A stretch of 62,851 nucleotides of DNA, counting the filler, from Vannella sp. (taxonomy: Eukaryota): assembly GCA_023345925.1 (NCBI GenBank). It is 5 parts of 5 records of this genome, joined end to end, with 100 filler letters (N's around TTAATTAATTAA, not from the genome) between each part and the next. Parts side by side here need not be neighbours in the genome. Positions count along the whole stretch, not along the records: positions 57,565 to 62,851 come from JAJQQN010000543.1; 4 more parts are not named here. One strand, written 5' to 3'. The position numbers and the translations under genes were made by a program. Shown here one piece after another: positions 57,565 through 62,851 of the stretch (positions are counted from its first letter, which is position 1; the number at the start of each line of letters is the position of its first letter). The notes under the pieces are model-generated. The model made no database searches. It was not told the DNA's origin and saw nothing but the letters and a program-made list of their open reading frames with translations.

Positions 57565-59265
57565 ATGTCGGGCGAGCCAGGAAGGCTGAGGAGCAGGCTG
57601 AGGAGCAAGTTCCGTCTCTCCACCAACCTTGCCCAGGAATACTTCCACAGAGAGGAGCTTGTGGGAGAGGGACGTCTTTCATTGAGCCAGGAAGACCTTA
57701 GCAAACGCAACAAGGTTGTTGGGTGGAGAGAAGAAGGCGCCTCGTTGGACCCAATGCAAGAAGCACTTATTATGAAGGCTATAGGGGATGAACTCTCTCA
57801 GGGGGATTCTGAGCCAAGTTACATCTGTGTTAAGGATGAGATAGCTCAGAAACCCACCCCAGAAGAGTCATCAGAGGAAGAGCTCTCAGAGGAAGATCTC
57901 CAAGACACCGACTCTAATTACACTGTAGAGAACGAAAACGACTCCGTCTGGGATCTTGGTGCCTCTTTGAAGAAGGGCGAAGTGCACCAAGTAGAAGTGG
58001 ACGTCTCTGAACCTGGAAGCTACCAATTTGTTGTCATCAAGACCTCCAGCCCCATCTCAAGAATCTTATCCATTCAAACACAAGTGATTCAAGATGGACG
58101 GGTCGTTACAACAGACACAGGTGGCTTGGGAGGCTTCAAATGGGGAAGTAGATACGAAACAGAGCTCAAAATCTCCCGTCCCAGTCTCCTTTCCATCTCC
58201 TTTAAGTGCGGAAACTATACCAGCCGAAACACTGTTCAGTTTAAGGCGTATCTAGTGCCTTTCCTCCCCATTCCAACGGAGAGAATAGGACCAACACACT
58301 TTGATGAGGAAGCAAGTGACTCCAGCATCTTACCCTTGGGCGGCGCTCCTGCTACAAGACCTGCCAGGTCGTCTTCTCTTCATGTTTTCAGGGATGAGGA
58401 GATGGAGGATGTTGACGGGAAGACCATCAATGCGACTTGGAGGGACGAGAGTAAGTGACTGTCAGTGCGTCGCAAACTCTTCCCTCATGCTCCCCAGCGA
58501 TTTTCCAATTCACCAAAGAGGACATAAGCTCTCAGAAAGAAGTGCGCCACATACTTACAACCGGACACTATTATGTGGGAGTCAAAAATGACGATAATCG
58601 AGTTGGGACAGATTATCGAAAGCTCTATGGTAATCTATTGGTTGCTCAGGAAAGTGACCCTCAATCGAACCCCATCGTGGAAGACTCTTTTGGCAATCTG
58701 AAGTATTCTGACCTGCCTTGGAGGAAACAATTCTTCATTCCAGAAGATCAATCGCCCGCTACCTTCTTGTTGAGACTGTCAATCCTGGTGGGTGGAATGC
58801 TTTTCTTGGTCTTTCTAATGTTCACTAACCTCCTGGTAGTCTAAACTCAAAGGAGGAAGAGTATCAATGAAACTCTCTCGCATTCCAGACCCGAATAGTA
58901 TCGACCAGATACTGAAGCGGTCACAGAGTACCCAAATGAAGATATTTGGAGTGATTGCAGTCCTCCTGGCACTCTCTTATGGCTCAGAGATCATCTCCTT
59001 CCTCTTCGCCCTTGCCGTTCCCTACACCACCATCACCATGCGCGGCATTCTCCTCGTAGGCACACTCATCTATGGGGTCATCAATCGAGTGGAAATCAAA
59101 GAAACCCTCCAACGCAAACGAGAAACCTTCAACCACAAAATCTCCTTCTTTAGAGATTTCGACCAACTTGACGGTAGTGTCCAAAAAATCCGCTATTTAC
59201 AAGAACGCTCCAAAAAGAAGAAAGCACGACTTGCTGAATTGCGCAAAACCCAAATGGTCCTTTAA
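57565..59265 (+). CDS. Hypothetical multi-exon membrane protein (beta-rich domain + C-terminal TM segments), likely 5'-truncated
   Basis: Three consecutive + ORFs; clear GTAAGT intron at ~58451-58497; second junction unresolved. Confidence 0.5.
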
Positions 59266-59353
59266 ATATAGTAAGTAATAATGATGTAATTGGAGGTCGA
59301 CGGGCTTGTTCATTGGTCAGTTGGGCTGATCCGTTGAGGGAAGAAGGTTGCCG

Positions 59354-60550
59354 ATGGCTGACGACAAATCAAAGAGTGGCAAGGGCGAGGATGATAGGGA
59401 AGAGTGGAAGCTTACTGAGTTCCAACGGCTCTCAACGTTGGGGACGGGCACCTTTGGCCGGGTGTTCCTGGTGACTTACCCCGAAAGTAACCAGTTTTAT
59501 GCGATGAAAGTTCTTCAGAAGAACGTTATCGTGCGCCTTAAGCAGGTTCAACATACGTTGAACGAGAAATCAGTCCTAGAGAAGGCTACCGAGTGCCCTT
59601 TCATCGTAAAACTGTAAGCTCAAGGCGGAGAGGCTCCCGTTGCGCTCCTCTCACCTTTCCCACAGAGAGAAGACCTTCCAAGACCAAAAGAACCTCTACT
59701 TTGTTCTCGAGTTCGTCGTAGGAGGCGAACTGTTCACACACTTGCGAGCAGCGGGCCGCTTTGGAGGGGCCACAACGCGCTTCTTTGCAGCGGAGATCGT
59801 CCTTGTTATCGAGTTCCTTCATCGCCACAACATCATCTACCGCGATCTTAAGCCTGAGAACATCCTCCTGGACCGCCGAGGACACATCAAAATCACCGAC
59901 TTTGGCTTCGCCAAAGAGATAGTGGATAAGTGAGTCCCCTCCCTCCAGGTGCTGACCAAAGAAGCTTCACTGGTACCTCATGTTCGATTTGTACTGATTG
60001 AGTGCTAACAGGACCTTTACATTGTGTGGGACGCCCGAGTACTTGGCTCCTGAGGTTATCAAAGGCAAAGGGTACTCCTTTGAGGTTGATTGGTGGGCTC
60101 TTGGTATCCTCATCTTTGAGATGCTAGCTGGTTACCCTCCATTCTACGATGAGAACCCCTTCGGCATCTACGAGAAGATCCTTTTGGGACGCCTTGTCTT
60201 CCCCAGCTACTTTGATTCAGCTTCGCGTGACCTGATCAAGCGTCTTCTAGCACCAGGTATGAACAGACTATCTCAACACTACAGTAAGGCTCTAACCCAC
60301 AACGCTAGATCGCACACGGAGGTTAGGCAATCTTCGTGATCGCACGTTGGATGTCAAGAAGCACCGTTTCTTCAAAGGCATCGACTGGGACGCTCTCCAT
60401 AACAAACAAGTCGTCGCTCCTATTATCCCCAACGCAGATCATGATGGAGATGCCTCCAACTTCGAGCAATACGAAGACGAACCAGGTTTCGACTATTGCA
60501 CAGATTCCTCCGTTATCGACTTCCATGAGGAGATATTTCAAGGATTTTAA
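59354..60550 (+). CDS. PKAC: cAMP-dependent protein kinase catalytic subunit (PKA-C/PRKX type), 3 introns
   Basis: [51 protein letters not shown]-terminal FQGF-stop. Confidence 0.93.
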
Positions 60551-60611
60551 ATGAAAGCTTGTAATTAGACATGGCGCCTTTGAGTAAGCAGCCAGGCATT
60601 TTTCTTTCGTC

Positions 60612-61155
60612 ATGAGCGCGGATATCCAGACCAAAGGCCTTCCTCAGAAGTGGGTGCACTTCGACTTGCCCAGCCAAGAAGCTAGGAAGATCTCGCCCCT
60701 TAAGACCAATGCCCAGGCGATGAAGACTCTCACTGCTGCCCTGAGGGATCCTCTGAAGTACTCGAACGAGGTCCAGAAGATCTACTACATCCGTGCCAAC
60801 CCTGCAGCATTGAAAACTCCCATGGAGAACGGTGCTAGAGAGTTTGGAATGCTTGCCCTTCGTTATGGCACTGCCCTGAGTCTGTGGGGTAAGTGTCCTC
60901 GTCATCCCCTGTTCCTTAGCTAGGTTTTCAGTCAAACCTTAATCTACTTCGTCCGTGAGGCTATTAACACCTTATCCAGGTGCTTTGGGCCTTGCTGGAG
61001 CGTACTACATCCTTCGCCCCAATCTCATGAACGGTGTGAAGACGACAAAGGAGTTCCTTGGCTTTGGTGCTTCTGCATAGGAGCTCTTCATTTGATCTCA
61101 TTTACTGATCAAGCAACTGCTAGCGACTGACCCCCTCAATAAACCGACACGATAG
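60612..61155 (+). CDS. Small single-TM protein, C-terminal part resembles cytochrome bc1 subunit QCR10/UQCR11; 2 introns
   Basis: Spliced ...RYGTALSLWGALGLAGAYYILRPNLM...TDPLNKPTR-stop(TAG 61153-61155). Confidence 0.45.
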
Positions 61156-61175
61156 AACAACCAACAACGACACCA

Positions 61176-62851
61176 TTACGAGGAAGTCTTTATGGACGAC
61201 ATGGAAACAGAGGACAAGGACGCTGAGGAAAGCCTTGGACTGAACGCAGGGCTCTCTGGGGTCAGAGTGGATAAAAAGCGCTCATCGATCTTCACTTCAG
61301 GTGTCCAGCGGCCCTTTGATGCTTTCACCCTGTAGTTTCCAACCTCAAGTAGTGTAGTGATACCCTATATAGAGTTAGAACTGAGACTTGCCTGAGCTAG
61401 GAAGGCGGAATGTACCTTTCCAAGAGTCTTTGGAAGATAATTCTCAGATAAGAAGAGAACCGCATGTTTGCGAGTCGGACCAAACTCTTTGTAGCATTGG
61501 TACACCAAAGGTGATATCAAGATCTCCTTGGATGAGTCGCTCGCTTTGATGTTGTCCTGGAATGCCGTTCAGTTCAGTCGAGCCACAATCCACCAGGTCA
61601 CTCACCTCCAGGAAGTGCGATGCTATTGACTGAATCTGTCTGTGTACTGAATCGGCGTAGTAAACAGTGATAGGAGGACAGAGTGCCGCTCCAAAGTTGA
61701 GGAGAAAGTTGATCTCTGGCACGGGCTTGTGGAGCTGGAAGTTGCGTGAGTCACTGGGCTCTCCTCTCCTGTTCTTCGTCCATTTGCGCGCTTGAGCAGA
61801 GGCGTTGATGTCCATAAGATTCTCAGACTTGGTACGAAGGACCCAGCACTCGAGTGAGGCCATGCTGTAGTAGATCCCAGCGATGTTGTAGTAGAACGTG
61901 TTGTCAGCGCTCTCTACGCGTGAACGCTGAGAGCCACGAAGACGTATCACTCGATGGATCTCCATGAGATGGTACACATTGATCCAGAATGCGAGAGCTT
62001 CTTCGTGAGAGAGGGGGTCCCTGTGGTCGACTTGTTGAAGCTATTGCGGCAGTCAGTTACACGCCAGAAACTCTCAAGAGTACGTACTTCTGCTGTTGCA
62101 TACTCAAAATCGAGCACACGAGGTGAGAACTGAGTGGCAGAGTCCTCCGTGCCGGACAGATACGTTGTGTTCTTGGAGAGGTAAACGTACAGCTCTATGG
62201 CCTATTCACTGCTGAGTTTTACGCTAGATCTCTTCTTTTGCACTTACCCGCTTGAGAAGGCTCGCTGATACGTCAGGTGGACGATGTTTTGAAGGGTTTG
62301 ACCAAACGCTACTCTCGTTGAGGATGTTCGTTTGAACTTCGTCCTCCTGAGAGGAAAAGTCAGCTTCTTGCTCGATGAGGTTGACCTAAGCCTACCTTAA
62401 ACCTGTAGAGGCATGTGCTTTTGTCTTGGAAGGCGTAGGTGATGGGAGCAGAGCTCAAGAAGCCCTCTTCGCGCAGCTGCTCTCCAAGAGCCTCTGCTTC
62501 TTTCCTTGTCTTGCACCCAGAAAAGCGGGGGTGATTGAGCATCCAGTCGACAGCTTCTGATCCAAGAAAGCATTTGGGAACGACCCGAAGCATTTGCTTG
62601 CGGTCGCGAGAAGAGATCCCATTCCGCATGCACGAACACAAGAAAGCATGATCTGACTTCTGCTCTTGTTTCGCATCAATGGTGTAGTTTCGTTCAATCT
62701 CTTCGAAATCGTCGCGAAAGTACAGGACCGCCATCCCTGTGGACGGAAATGAAAATGCGGAGTCATCGTTCTCGACACCCGTTCTGGTGCCCTCCACCGT
62801 GGACGAAAGAAAAAAATAGCCAGTCGCGCGTAACTGGACAATCAAGCAACG
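61176..62851 (-). CDS. DEP domain + DUF547 protein, 5' end outside window, multiple introns
   Basis: CFLGSEAVDWM...FQDK..LYRF (DEP); LAFWINVYH, YYNIAG.YYS...LE..VLR, PEINFLLN (DUF547); stop TAA 61178-61176. Confidence 0.85.

Noticed and set aside
1..62851. Alternative genetic code or stop-codon reassignment
   Set aside because: TAA (RPS4), TGA (TTD14-like) and TAG all end genes at plausible positions, and long exons lack in-frame stops
1..62851. CRISPR array, tRNA/rRNA genes, transposase or viral hallmark genes
   Set aside because: No regularly spaced repeats, cloverleaf motifs or recognisable transposase, RT or capsid motifs seen by eye

Overview
Eukaryotic nuclear DNA from a very compact, ~50% GC, intron-rich protist genome; gene content would fit a free-living amoebozoan-like organism, but taxonomy cannot be fixed from sequence alone. 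The window is five unrelated contigs (1-10740, 10841-19127, 19228-29383, 29484-57464, 57565-62851) joined by artificial 100-nt linkers (N-run/TTAATTAATTAA/N-run), so adjacency across linkers is meaningless. About 32 protein genes are present, most split by ~40-90-nt GT-AG introns, which fragments the ORF track. Recognisable genes: RPS4, RPL10A, eIF3a, MetAP1D, TMEM43, TMCO4-like, Furry/Tao3, CaMK, AP-3 beta, C2CD5, TDP1, a sulfotransferase, a ~4000-aa sacsin-like protein, PhzF/PBLD, syntaxin-7-like, PKA-C and DEP-DUF547. Best leads: (1) a plant XLG/EDR4-like domain fused to PX and TMCO4/DUF726; (2) an intronic box C/D snoRNA (U60/snR48-type guide plus an orphan guide) in RPL10A; (3) an unlisted SMIM30-like 59-aa microprotein; (4) a 64-bp palindrome and a hairpin-rich segment flanking an intronless kinase; (5) a perfect 37-bp antisense copy of AP3B coding sequence just upstream of AP3B; (6) a duplicated all-Cys RING family. 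Family assignments come from motif recall, not database searches. No CRISPR array, tRNA/rRNA gene or transposase was recognised.
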